Assembly: GCA_032718475.1 (NCBI GenBank)
Contig: JAUCBJ010008128.1
Span: 3,131 to 67,130, forward strand
Length of the DNA: 64,000 nt
Source of the DNA: Nemertoderma westbladi
Taxonomy: Eukaryota; Animalia; Xenacoelomorpha
Reading direction: 5' to 3'
A model generated the notes under the pieces. The model had not been told where the DNA came from and searched no databases. It saw only the letters and a program-made list of their open reading frames with translations. Both the position numbers and the translations under genes were made by a program. Below are positions 1 to 12,043 of this stretch, in pieces. Every line of letters begins with the position of its first letter. The first letter of the stretch is position 1.

Positions 1-15
1 ATCTACAGAAGAGAG

Positions 16-2279
16 ATGAGTCAGTCGGGAGAGACAACACCGACGCAGACCCCGGACGAAGAACAAACGATCCGCGAGGCCGCGACCAGGCGGTATAGGC
101 CCACGACGCTGGAGCCATCGGTAACGGGTGATCCGGAAGTTCAAGATGAGGAGGACCGTCTGGAGTCAGAAGCCGAGTCGAGAGGAGGGGGAGTCGAGTC
201 GGAGGATAGAGAGAACGAGCTCGAGGGAGAAAGAGACGAGTCGACGCGGAACGAGGGTCGACGTGCCGATGTCACGGGCCAGCCACAGGCCGAGAGCGAC
301 GAACGGCCCACCGAGACGGTGACGGTGGGGCCGACGGTACGACGCCGGACCCGGAGAGACGACGGAGATGTCGATACCAATGTCGCCGGCCAGGCACAGG
401 CCGAGGGCGACGGACGGCCCACCGGAACGCCGACAGTGGGGCTGCCGGTACGACGTCGAACCCGGAGAGACGGAGGAGGGGTCGGCGACGAGGACGTCGC
501 GGTCTCCGATCAACTTCGACGGGCTTACAACGCGACCCGGAGACTACTAGAGGAGGCCAGAAAGGGGAAAACGATAGACGAGGTAAAACTAAAGTCAGGA
601 CTAGGTAAGTCGGACAGACATCTATATTATCTAATGCGCTTCGGGCAGAGAGAATTGGCCGAGGAGAGAGCGACAAGGGTTGCCGAGGAACTGTATGACT
701 CATGGCGGCACGGGGGTATACAACCTAGTGTAGTGTACATAGGGCCATACTTAATCGATGCCCGGGGTATAAAATTAGTGGGTTGGAACAGACCTGAGGA
801 GAGCGAATCCGAGGTTGACCCCGCGGATTCGGTCTCGTCGGCCGGAGGGAGTTCCGGGAGGAGGGGGAAAGTTAGTAGATCGGGAAGGCGGAGGGAATCC
901 GTCACAACCGATAAGTCTGCTACATCCTCCGCGAAAGAAAGACGGGTGAGAGAGATAGACGCTAGGTACCGTCTCAATCTGGCAGTGCAAGGTAATAGAG
1001 AAGTAGGTAGACGGCTAGAGGAGGGGAGAGTGCTGCTAGAGAGGGAAATGGTGTCGATTAGAGAGACAAGAGAGAGGGCCGAAAGGGCTGTGAGGAGCCT
1101 TAGGGAATATGATGAAATAGAGTTGAAGGAACAAGAGGAGCGTGTGGCAAGAGAGAAAAGTGAACGAAAGGAACGTGAGGCGGAACGCGAGAAACGTGAG
1201 GCAAAGTGGGAAAGTGAACGCAGAGAGCGTGAGGCGAGGCGAAGGGAGGGGATTAGGAGAGAGATGGAATTGGCCGAGCAGAGCGAACGGGAGGCTATGG
1301 ATAAAATAGCAAGAGTGGAGCGTGAGCGAAAAGAATTGGAGAAACAGCGAGACAAACTCGTAGAGTATGAAGCTGTACACACGCGCGAGGTGGGACTGGC
1401 GCGGGTGGGGGCGTCTGAGAGCGGGGCAGGCTCGAATATTTTCGAGGAGCCGAGGGCCGTGGATACGTTTATTAATACTCCACTCACAGGGACCGCACGA
1501 CAGACATGAAACTGGTGTGACCTTACGGGCGGGGGGGGGGGGGGCAATAACAATATTACAGTAGATGACGTTGATATTAATAATACCGTATTGAACGACT
1601 CTAACCAAATCTTTATTGCAGGAAATACTTTACCCAATAGCAATAATTTTATTTTAAATCAGAACGATTCTAATATTAACGTGCAAAATAATTCTAATAA
1701 TGTAGTTATACAAAGTAATCCAAATAATTTAAATAATAACCCGAATTCGATTTTACAAAATAATCCAAATAATGTTATAACGCAAGATAATGTTTCTAAC
1801 TTTGGTGCACAGGATAATTTGGGTGAACTAGAGGATACTCACAGTGGTGTTATTAATGTAAACGCGTCCGACATGCGTAGCCCGGCGGGTGAGGGCCTGG
1901 TAGGCCACGTAGCTGGTAGACAGGGAGTAGAGGGCCTGGTAGGCCACGTAGTTGGTAGGCAGGGAGTAGAGGGCCTGGTAGGCCACGTAGTTGGTAGGCG
2001 GGGAGAAGAGGGCCTGGTAGGCCACACAATAGCAGAGGGAGGGGCGGGGGTGAATGGACCCAGCCGCGGTAGGGTTGATGTGTCGACTAGAGAGGTATAT
2101 AGCAGCGGAGCGAGAGATAGCGAAGTTAGATGTGGCGAGTGGGGGGGATTACAGGAACCCCACAACAGCAAGTTAGCGGCGAAAGGGGGGGGGCAGAGAG
2201 TGCCCCGCAGGCGTCAATGGATAATGCAAGGGCCGAAGTAGGTAAACCGCAACACCCGGCGACGGAGAGTAATAGGGGG
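16..2279 (+). pseudogene. gag: Element A long low-complexity/coiled-coil Gag N-terminal region (ORFs 16-1509, 1591-2241, 2130-2279; frameshifted)
   Basis: Consecutive + strand ORFs separated by frameshifts near poly-G runs. E/R-rich coiled coil and N-rich segment; leads into recognisable Gag after the B insertion. Confidence 0.6.
1890..2027 (+). repeat. 39-bp coding tandem repeat, ~3.5 copies (EGLVGHVVGRQGV)
   Basis: gagggcctggtaggccac recurs every 39 bp. Confidence 0.9.
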
Positions 2280-3349
2280 TGTTCGCGCTTTCAGACCTTT
2301 GGCAGTTTAACCCGCCAAATTAGGATGTCTTCTAGATAATAAATCACCTTTAGCCTATGACAAGTATTTAATTCACTACACTAGTCGAAACCAATCTGTG
2401 CGCGATCATTCACCCGTTGGATATACCCGGGAGATTGGGTTCGACGGCTTAATTTTATTGCTATGTAAGCCTAATGTATTATTCGACTGACAGTATTATA
2501 TAATCTCTGACAATATTATTCACCTTCGGGAAATATTAACAGTTCCTTTAGGACGTGGCGCTCTATCTATATAAACAGAGTTATGACTTAAACTACTCAC
2601 AACGATATGGCTTAGTTACAATTCACATATATGGCGCATTCTTTAGGAAATGCTTCGTTATCAGTCTCACTCATACACAATGCTGCACAATACTGCACAC
2701 TGATCTGCCGATCTTCACTGATTTTAGTCACATATAAAAGGAACACGGACCGAATCATGTAGGGTCTATCAAATAACATTAGATTCACTTCAAACCACTC
2801 AACATAGGTCGCAATCATTTATCTGTAACCTTTCTCTCTTACCTTCGGTATATCAAGAATATTGGGTTTTCGGGGTTATTTGTCGTTATTCCAAATATAA
2901 TAATTCATCAACCATATTATGAAGAACTGACAGTAAATAGCAGTATAACAATATAAAAGTATGCACAGTGTTACACAGTATGCAGTGTATGCAGTACTGC
3001 AGTATGCAGTATGCAGATAACGGATATATGTCCTTATAATTAAGCCTACTAGTGTAGGACTAAAAACTGAACAACGAGAGAACAAAGAAACAAAGAAACG
3101 TCGACGTGGCAATATCAGCTGCTAGCCGTCGTCATGGTAGCGACACTGTTTTCAAGAGTATCGAGCTTTTACGTCACGGAATTACGGATTATGTCCTCTA
3201 AAGTACAAATACAGAAGAAATAGCTTTTATGTCCGCTAAAACACCAGTACAGCAAGGACACGGCCTTTTTATGCCTGGTAAACCAACTACAGAGTATTTA
3301 CGGGAAAAATAAGGAAAAATAACCGGACAATTCAGCAAAAGCTTTTACA
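2280..3349 (-). repeat. 3' LTR of element B (1070 bp)
   Basis: Sense strand TGTAAAAGC...GCGCGAACA; matches 14532-15458; preceded on the minus strand by the purine tract GGGAGTGG. Confidence 0.95.
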
Positions 3350-3357
3350 CCACTCCC
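3350..3357 (-). promoter_or_regulatory. Polypurine tract of element B
   Basis: GGGAGTGG on the minus strand directly abuts the 3' LTR. Confidence 0.65.
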
Positions 3358-3399
3358 AGAAAATGGGATTTTCAGTCTATAAAATATAAAAATCACAGT

Positions 3400-5900
3400 T
3401 TCTAAAACATAAAGATACTCTAAACAGTTAGTTTCTTTGCGCGGACGGCGTTTACGCAGTTTCTTGAGGCTAGCAAGAGTCCTTTTCTCTTTGGGGGAGC
3501 CACTTTACTAGGAGGGCTATAAATCCTGGGTGAAGGGTGCAATATGATTGCATCAGAAGGTGTAGGATTATGGTCGGGGTATCCGCCGTTTCGATATGCT
3601 TCTCCTCGAGCTGATTTTCCTCCGCTCGTAGCTGGATACGTTCATCCAAAAACTCTCGCAGAGAATGGGGTTGTCTAAGTGCGATATCTTCTTAGAGATT
3701 CTGGATTTCACAATCGAACTGAGATAAAGACAATTCGTTTATCGCTTGGACTTGCTGTTATAACTTACGTTTATCTGAACAAACGTAGGTTTCCTTTCTG
3801 ATCTTTGTAGAATAGCGTTTAACTCGTTTGGTACAACGTTCTCCGCCACTCTGGTGACAGGTTATATCGTGTCAAGCCGGGACGATGGTAAGGGTTAAAC
3901 GGCGATATTAAATGTCTGCGTCACAATCCGGCTAGGTAAGATGGGCGGCTAGCTAGAAATCACTGTCGGAGTGTTACCGATTAATTGTTAGGGTAGCACT
4001 AGATCTTTGAACAGTGAATACAGTCCGCGAGGATCCGCGACACCACCAGGATCGCAGGTCTGAGGTCCAACTAAGGAATGAGGAGGTTTGACCGAGTATT
4101 CCGGGACTCTGATCGTAGGTTTACTCCAGGATCGTTCGAGCCGAGTGAGCATAGGTGATACGTCAACAAGTTTCGGTTTCCGTGGATGTTTATGTCTTTC
4201 CGTTTATTAGTTGGGTCTAGGGCATTTATCGTAATAATACCAAAGACGCACGTCTGGTAAGGTAAACGCGGGTGATATTTATTTGTTGTTACAATGCTTC
4301 TATCAAGAATTCCAAATATACGTTGGAGTTACCGCGTCCATTTGTTTCTTTAGTGTCTTTTCTTTCGAGTCGATTTCGAATAGAATTTTCGCATTCGAAT
4401 TTCAGTTTATGGTTCCGACTCCGCTGGGCAGGATATATAGTCGACATAGTCCGTATTGTGTAAATCGATAGGATGACCAGTAGTTAAGAAGCCCATATAC
4501 GTACCATTACGCTGCGTATATCGAGCAGCGAATTTTCTATAGTCCAACTCACGCGTGAGCTGCTCTTGGGACATTGGCGGTTCGATATAACGACCATCGT
4601 CCTCCGCAGCAGTTGGACTAACGTCGCCGCGTATTAAGCTATCAACAAACGCTTGTAAAAGTAGAGTATATCACTCCCCGATACCAAGACCATCTTCTAT
4701 CAACTCCGTCATATCTGCTATATATGAGTTTATCCATATTATAATGAGTTTATATTTAGGCGAGCGGGCGTCGCTGCCTATCCCAATCAACCCCCGGACA
4801 GTACGAGATCCTCAGCGCCGATGTGTCGTCGCCGCTGTACTTTCGCCAACGACGTAGCCGCACAACGACAACGACAACCGGCACAAGTCACTCGACTGTC
4901 CGTCCCAAAGGCTTAGATGTACTTCAGGTTTTCCTTGGAGAGTTAGGTTACTTTTACGATTGCGACTAGCTACTGTAAACACACCTTAGCAGTAACATTC
5001 ACCTATAAACTCACAAATACCACACAACTGGTCACAACTACGCACATTCGGGCCATTTGTCCGTTAGTCAATGCCTTCCAGAATGTCACTGTATTATTAT
5101 GCATCCTTGGGTACTAGTAGTGCGCTATTTATTCCCTATGCTATTCAATGGGACAAGCTTTCTATTGTTCGTTTAACTCAATTCTAATTCTAGCGTGGTT
5201 GTTGCTATGGTGACATTATGCAAGGCTAGCGGTAGAATTAGGGTAATTCCAATACATACAGATCTGGGATGTTATTTAATAGTATTCTTTAATAGTCAAT
5301 GTTCTGTTTTATACATGACTCTATGAATTTTATCGGCTATTGACTATGTTTGGGAGACTTTCGCACACTCATATGCATAATAAGATAAATCTCCGCTCCC
5401 TTGATCTATTAATTAATGGAATTTTGGGAATGTTATAAATTGCGTAAAAATGGCAATTTATTAAATTCATTAAAAGGCATGAATTTAAATTTATTCCCTG
5501 AAATTTTATTATTTGATAATTAAATGGACATATTTTGATTCTAGAACATGTCTGGGGACACAAGATCCTTAATTCTATGACAATTGTCTTTTTAAGAATA
5601 TCGGTAAATGCTACGATATCTTAATTGACTAGAATTGTTGAAGGATCTGAATTTTACAGATTTTGACTTATTAAATTTGCAAATATTAAATAATTAATAT
5701 TTGAGATGGGCACCAATTTATTCCAGAACTTGTCTGGGGACGTTGACCACTGATTCTAGAATTTGTCTTTCAAGTATATCGGTGGGTGCCGCGATATCTT
5801 AATCGACTAGAATGACAGATGGTCAAAGGGTTTAACAGATTTATTTTGCGTTATACGCTACTGTTAAAGGGACATCACGCTACTATATGTATTATTTAAT
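3400..5900 (-). pseudogene. Possible decayed accessory ORF in the 3' region of element B
   Basis: Manual minus-strand translation gives protein-like stretches broken by TAA stops (PSVILVD*DIAAPTDILERQILESVVNVPRQVLE*; TLASLKKLRKRRPRKETNC) and a ~183-bp internal duplication (5550-5640 / 5733-5825). Confidence 0.3.
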
Positions 5901-6364
5901 ATACGGTATGAGAGCAATATCGCACGAAGCAATGTCAGTGTGAAGAGGCAAGTCGTTTCCAAGGTCTACCCAGAGCTTGGTTTAGCCGAGACACGAGGAT
6001 CTGAACTTTGCATTCCTAATACTCTGCCTACCAATAATACTTAAATATAGTAGTGGCTTTATTGTACTTTAATAAGTACGGACATTTCATCTTACTGTAG
6101 TCACGTATTTATAATATGATACGGACAGTAAGGAAAGAGGAAAAGAATTATTTCTTGCCGTCGCATTAAATATAATATATACGTAATTAAGTAATAAACG
6201 CGAATATATATTGCACTAATCTACTAAATAATCGCTAAAATAACATTCTACTGAATAAAATTAAAGAAAACGATTATAATAAAATTACATAGTAATACAT
6301 ACAGAAATATAAAAATAATAAAATAATATAAAATAATAGAGTCACACACCCACTCCATATGTTG

Positions 6365-9300
6365 CTACGTTATGGAGTCCCTAGATGTTTGAAGGATTAG
6401 GGAGGTGGTCGTGTGAAGAGAATCTTGCCTTCCACAGTTTCCGGAGAGTCCTCCATTCCCTTCCGGTAAACACAAACGACCGACTGGGTGATTGAGTCGC
6501 TGCATCCCGAATACAATTCCAGGTTTCCTCTTCGTCCTGGAATAGTGACGATAGAAACATCGCTCAAAGTATATGACGGCGTCACAAAGCCGATTCCAGG
6601 AGCTATAGTGGTCCATCGCTCTCTGCAGGAGAGGTGAGAGTCCCTGCGAGACGTCTGATGTTCCAGAGCTCCAATCGCTCTCTCTGATCTTCATGAAGGA
6701 TCCACTCGCGGTGGGGAGGCCCAGATCCACGGCGTCGTCCCTGGCAACATGTAATACCGACAGATCTATCCCGGGTTCAAATAACTCCGATCCACCCGTC
6801 CGGGTTTCAGGTTCGACTTTCTCCGCTCCCTTGGCTGGTCTAATCTCAGTCGGAGTAAGATGGGGAGGCCATTCATTCTCCTTACTCAGGAAGTCGGGTT
6901 CACCTAACCGGTCTATAGTATCTGTCAGTTCTTGAGGAGTTGCTCCTCTGGAAGCGATGTCCGTTGGATTAAACTTCTTGGGGCAATATCTCCATTGATC
7001 TACATTGGAGCTAAGATTGTCATTATCTGCGGAGTGTGGTGTTCCCTCAGTTGGGTCGTCTCCCTCACTAGTATCATCTTCCCATTCACTCACCTGGCAG
7101 ACGCGATCTTGAAGCAGTCTTTCCCTGAGCGTTCTACGGGAAGGTCCAGTAAGGTACCAACCTACTCTAGTTCTTACCGCATAGGTCTGTAGTGGCTGCG
7201 GTTGAGCAGGTCGTTTCTCTAATGTCTCCAGCGCCTCATGCGCGTTTTGGCCGATGAGTATTTGCACTCCAGGATAATCAGTCTGGAATCGAGGTATGTT
7301 AAGATGTTGGATGCTCTCATCCTCGTCCCAATTATAAAGGTCTGCTTGAGTAGTAGCGAAGTTCTTTATAGCCACCATTTTCACTGACCTTATACTGTAT
7401 TCTCCTAGTTTATCCTGTGGAGTGGACAACTCACCTATATAATAGTCGGCAGCTACAGTAGAATTCCAAACCTGCATGATCCCTGACATGTTTAGCTTGG
7501 TTCGGAACTTGGGTTGTCCAGCAAAGATGACTTCGGCTAGTTCTTTATCGATGAATGTTCCTGTGCTACCGGAGTCCAGGAGGGCGTTCACTATATAGCT
7601 CTTCTGAGGTCCGTGGACCCGTAACTGGACTACAGGAAATTCTCGGATTCCTATATTGGAAGTTGGCGTTTTCCAAGATGGTTGTTGATCGGAAGTAGTT
7701 AAGGTAAGGTCGCTGTCTGTGTCTTTCTCATACACGAGTGTTCGATACACTGCGGTGGTGTTTATTAGGTAACAGGATTCGTTTTGGTCGGAGAACTCGT
7801 CCGTATAGAATCCTTCCATCTCAGATTGATCAGTGTCGTTCACATCACTGAATTGGACATGTAGTTCGGACTCACTTACCTGACTCGGGCTGTTTCGTTC
7901 GAATTCCGTGTGCAACAAGATATGATGTTTTGCGCCGCACTTTGCACACCTTGCGTCGGAGTTACAGGTTCGCCGTTGGTGTCCTCGTCTGAGGCAATTA
8001 TAACACAACCGCTTATCCCACATGACTTCACGTCTATCCTTTAGTGATTTCCTCAGGAATTTATCACACGCATTTAAACGGTGGGGCCCGTCGCACAGCA
8101 CACATTTGGGCTTGATGTTACTTACTTTAACATGTGCTGTGTGGTGCACACTTGTTCTTTCCTCGGGCTTTCTCACCTGAATTCTTTTAGGAGACGTAGG
8201 AGGGGTTTTTTGTACCGGTTCCCTTCTGTCATTGGGTCGAGACTTGGATTTACTTACCTGATCTTTAGGCATTTTATTGACATAAGATCTGTCAGTGTCT
8301 TTCCCGCTGTCCTCTCCTTGAGAAGTTTGGCTTTCACCGTCGTCGGTATAACATACTGGTATTACCCTTCTCCTAGAAACGGGTTTCTCACTTACCTTAC
8401 TTTCCGCTGTCTTCTCTCTGGACTGCTTTATGAGCTGTAATTTCACCTCGCTATCCAGGAATGACATGAGATCAGCCATGGTAGGGTCTCGTTGTTGTTG
8501 TTCCATCATATATAACACCTTCTTGTCCCAGCGTGTACCTACTCCACCCTTGGACAAAGTAGATGCTAAGGCTCCTACAACCATAGAATTCTGGTATTCA
8601 TAAGACTTACCTAACCAATCTAGTTGTCTACAGATCTCCTGAATCTCATCGGAAAACTCTATAATCCCGCTACTAAGGAAGTTTCGGGGAGCTACTAATT
8701 TTGCATACAAATACTTAGCTATGTTATCCTTGTTACCATACCTGATGTTTAATGTATCCCAAACTTGTCTTAATCCTTCTGGATGTCCAATAAACTTTAA
8801 CGCCATTGACTTGGGAGGTCCTTCCAAACATTCGATGAGGAATCTAAGTTTCTCTCCGTTAGATAGTACAGAGTTCTGTATGTTATCTTTATAATATTCA
8901 TTAAAAGGTAACCATTTCATCTCATCTCCATTGAACTTGACGATCTCTCCCACCTTTACCGCTTGCCGGGCTTCGGTTCTAGCCATTTGACGCGTAAAAC
9001 TTTCTTGGGCCATCGTCTTATTTAATATCGAATTATCGGTATATAAATTTCTCGGATTATGATCAGTTCTATAGGGAATATCATTATCAACAGGTCTATA
9101 ATTACCCTTAATAGGGTTCACTATAGGAGTTTCTACTTCGCTAGCAGTATAAATGCGTGTAGGCTCCACACCTTGCGCATGAGATACTTCAGACCTAACG
9201 GGTTGACACATTGTTACAGGGGGTGGTGGTATACCCTTTTGTAAATTTACTAATTTATCGCGCTCTAGCGCGATATTTTGCTGCACTTCTTGCAACTCTA

Positions 9301-11278
9301 ACTTACTTTCCCTTACTGTGCCCTTGAACTGCTGGACAGTCTCCTGCATCTGTCCGAGCAGGATATCCATCCCCCGCCATCTCTCGTCCACCCATTCGAC
9401 CGCCGAAGCGGGAGTCGCCAACGTTGTAGCGGGCGGACGAGGGACAACGGGCGACAAATTATGAATATTTCGCTCGGGGTCCAGGACCTGAACTGTCCCC
9501 TGGGCAGTTCTACGGGGCACAGGTAGCTTAGTGCTATGCAGAGGGAATTTAGAGGTAGTTTCAGGGAGCACAGGTGTGTCTATCACCAAAGGGGTGATTT
9601 CAAGAACAGGCCTAATTATTTCAGGCTCATCTACTATAGTAGGGAGTCTTTCTATTTTAATTATTTGGTCTGTGGGTTCTGTACTGCCTAAGTTGGTGCT
9701 ATTTAGTTGCCTTCTAACAGCTGGAGGCATATCAGGCAATTTCTGACGGTGGAATGTTCTTTTACGTCTGCTTAGACGAGATCTATTTCCTTTGCCTTCG
9801 GTATCGGTGGTATCGCCTTCCTCAGATGATGTATAACCTTGTCGTTTGGGAGTAGATCGATTCATCATCTGCATATTACTAGCTGTTAACTGTTTATTAA
9901 AGTTATCTTGCCTCTCTTGAAGATTTTCCAACTCTAGTTGGGTTGTCTCTTCAGATGCCCTCCGTTCTGCTTCTGCCACTGCTATCTTTCTTTCCGCTTC
10001 TGCCGCTGCCGCTTTCCTTTCCGCAGCTGCCGCTTTTGCCTCTGCCGCTGCCTCTGCTGCCTTTCGTTCCGCTTCTGCCGCTGCCACTGCCGCTGCTGCT
10101 GTCTTTCTATCTTCTATACGTTTTTTCTTTACTTGTTCTTCTTGAACCTTGGCGATGCGGAGTTGTTCATCGAATTTAGCTTGGTTCGCCGCTAACCTAT
10201 CCACATCAATTGCATCTAACACAAGTTTGGCTCCTTCGCTGTTAGGGCTAAGTCCCTCCAGCCTTCTCCTCAACTCGTCATCTCCTAAAAAACGCTGATA
10301 GTCTGACAGATAGATGTCAATGGCATCCTTCTTATGCGGTTTCTCTGCCGTCGCTTCACTTTCCACTTGGGAAAAAGTAGCGTCTGTTGATTCTCCATGG
10401 GTTGAGCGCTCCTCCAACTGAGCTTTCCACTGAGCTGCTCCTTGAACCTGGCGACTCACCCGTTGAAACCAAGTCTTTACGGCAACTTGCAACGACGTGT
10501 CTTGTTTTCTTTTAGAAGCCTCCTCAAAGGCGGATAAGATTAGCCTAATCCGCAGAACTCTTTCTCTAACTTGATAAAGCAGCTGTCCCTGCTCTTGAGG
10601 TCCTTGAGGTTGTTTAAACAGTTGTTTTTCTACTCGCTCCATAGAGCTGAAGAATCCCTGTGTGTATCCGGCTGCGGACCTCTTCCACACAGCTGGATCG
10701 ATGGTTTCCTTGGCTACTCCCATCCGGTGTATGTCTTCCCAGGCAGCTTCTGATAAATCAAACGGGAGTCCGGGTCCGGGGAAGTTCCATTGCGACTCGA
10801 CAATAGACTTCAATTCTTCCCTCGTGTATGCCGCATAACTATCTCTAGTTGGTCGTTGACTTCTCGCCCAATCGATCTGGTGTTCTTCCACCGCGATCAA
10901 TAACCTAGTGAGTACGGCTGCAGGAAGGATGAGAAGGGGATCCGTATAAACTGCATCCGTCATCTCTGCTCCGCGCTCGGGTGTCAGCTCTACAGTATCC
11001 TCACTACTGGAGCTGCTGGGCCGCTGAGTAACAAGCTCCTGACTCGAGGGTTGTTGCTGTTCCGCTGCTTCTTGGTCCCGCTTGACCTGAGCTCGGGTGC
11101 CTATGATAGACCTATGATGTTGGACTAGCCTAGGTTCTGTTATTACTACTGGAGGGATGACCTTCCTCACAGTGGGAGGTGAACTGAACTTACGACTAGG
11201 TGGTTCTACGCCTCTATCTGAGTCGCAGATAGTTACATCTAATATACTGTCTGAAAGGTTCTGCTTAGTATCAGACAT
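6365..11278 (-). CDS. gag: BEL/Pao Gag-protease polyprotein (1637 aa) with RT, most of RNase H and integrase missing
   Basis: DUF1759-like KFNGDEMKWLPF...EKLRFLIECLEGPP; three BEL-type knuckles (CVLCDGPHRLNAC, CYNCLRRGHQRRTC, CAKCGAKHHILLH); protease ALLDSGSTGTF; RNase H tail WRYCPKKFNPTDIASRG; no YxDD. Confidence 0.92.
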   Translation of the reverse strand: MSDTKQNLSDSILDVTICDSDRGVEPPSRKFSSPPTVRKVIPPVVITEPRLVQHHRSIIGTRAQVKRDQEAAEQQQPSSQELVTQRPSSSSSEDTVELTPERGAEMTDAVYTDPLLILPAAVLTRLLIAVEEHQIDWARSQRPTRDSYAAYTREELKSIVESQWNFPGPGLPFDLSEAAWEDIHRMGVAKETIDPAVWKRSAAGYTQGFFSSMERVEKQLFKQPQGPQEQGQLLYQVRERVLRIRLILSAFEEASKRKQDTSLQVAVKTWFQRVSRQVQGAAQWKAQLEERSTHGESTDATFSQVESEATAEKPHKKDAIDIYLSDYQRFLGDDELRRRLEGLSPNSEGAKLVLDAIDVDRLAANQAKFDEQLRIAKVQEEQVKKKRIEDRKTAAAAVAAAEAERKAAEAAAEAKAAAAERKAAAAEAERKIAVAEAERRASEETTQLELENLQERQDNFNKQLTASNMQMMNRSTPKRQGYTSSEEGDTTDTEGKGNRSRLSRRKRTFHRQKLPDMPPAVRRQLNSTNLGSTEPTDQIIKIERLPTIVDEPEIIRPVLEITPLVIDTPVLPETTSKFPLHSTKLPVPRRTAQGTVQVLDPERNIHNLSPVVPRPPATTLATPASAVEWVDERWRGMDILLGQMQETVQQFKGTVRESKLELQEVQQNIALERDKLVNLQKGIPPPPVTMCQPVRSEVSHAQGVEPTRIYTASEVETPIVNPIKGNYRPVDNDIPYRTDHNPRNLYTDNSILNKTMAQESFTRQMARTEARQAVKVGEIVKFNGDEMKWLPFNEYYKDNIQNSVLSNGEKLRFLIECLEGPPKSMALKFIGHPEGLRQVWDTLNIRYGNKDNIAKYLYAKLVAPRNFLSSGIIEFSDEIQEICRQLDWLGKSYEYQNSMVVGALASTLSKGGVGTRWDKKVLYMMEQQQRDPTMADLMSFLDSEVKLQLIKQSREKTAESKVSEKPVSRRRVIPVCYTDDGESQTSQGEDSGKDTDRSYVNKMPKDQVSKSKSRPNDRREPVQKTPPTSPKRIQVRKPEERTSVHHTAHVKVSNIKPKCVLCDGPHRLNACDKFLRKSLKDRREVMWDKRLCYNCLRRGHQRRTCNSDARCAKCGAKHHILLHTEFERNSPSQVSESELHVQFSDVNDTDQSEMEGFYTDEFSDQNESCYLINTTAVYRTLVYEKDTDSDLTLTTSDQQPSWKTPTSNIGIREFPVVQLRVHGPQKSYIVNALLDSGSTGTFIDKELAEVIFAGQPKFRTKLNMSGIMQVWNSTVAADYYIGELSTPQDKLGEYSIRSVKMVAIKNFATTQADLYNWDEDESIQHLNIPRFQTDYPGVQILIGQNAHEALETLEKRPAQPQPLQTYAVRTRVGWYLTGPSRRTLRERLLQDRVCQVSEWEDDTSEGDDPTEGTPHSADNDNLSSNVDQWRYCPKKFNPTDIASRGATPQELTDTIDRLGEPDFLSKENEWPPHLTPTEIRPAKGAEKVEPETRTGGSELFEPGIDLSVLHVARDDAVDLGLPTASGSFMKIRESDWSSGTSDVSQGLSPLLQRAMDHYSSWNRLCDAVIYFERCFYRHYSRTKRKPGIVFGMQRLNHPVGRLCLPEGNGGLSGNCGRQDSLHTTTSLILQTSRDSIT

Positions 11279-12043
11279 GTTTATGTATACAGTTGAATAT
11301 CTACTGCTGTATCACAGTCTGAGCAAGTCTAGTAACTCAGTATTAACTGCTAGCCTAGTAATTAATTACCGATACTGCTACTCAGTGTAGCGTGATATAT
11401 ATAATATATTAAATACCTGTATGCTTATAGTATATATAAGTATTATTACAGACTAGGTTTATCACAGAATACCGGTATAATTTTAGCACAAATATATATA
11501 AATATATAATAGGCCTATCGGGAATACCGGTATACAGCTTACAGTTTGTAGTATATATAATTCTGGACTAGAATTAATTACAAGTACCGGTATAATTTCA
11601 GCCTAAATTTATAGAAATAAAGATAATAGGCCTATCGTAAATACCGGTATATCAATTATTTTAAATAATTGAATTTCTGATTTTATTACCGTTATTTGAG
11701 CAGTAATCCAACTGATATTGAGACCTAATGGTTATATGGTAGGCCTACTATTTATAAATCGTTAGATTTGATTTATATTATATATATACCCGTTTTAATG
11801 GGTTTTGTCAATGTTTGAAATAAATGTTATTATTTCTGGGGAGTAATCACTACACAAAGCGGTGCGCTTTCAGTGAAGTGTTACTTATAGGACACTAAAA
11901 CAAATAATGCTAATTTACCTAAGTTACTTAATACTACAAATTACGTACAATTCGGGTGAGATTACAATCTCTAAATAAACATAAAAATTTACAAAACACA
12001 AAATACGAATTTTTAGGGTAATTTTACAAGAAGTCTACAAACC

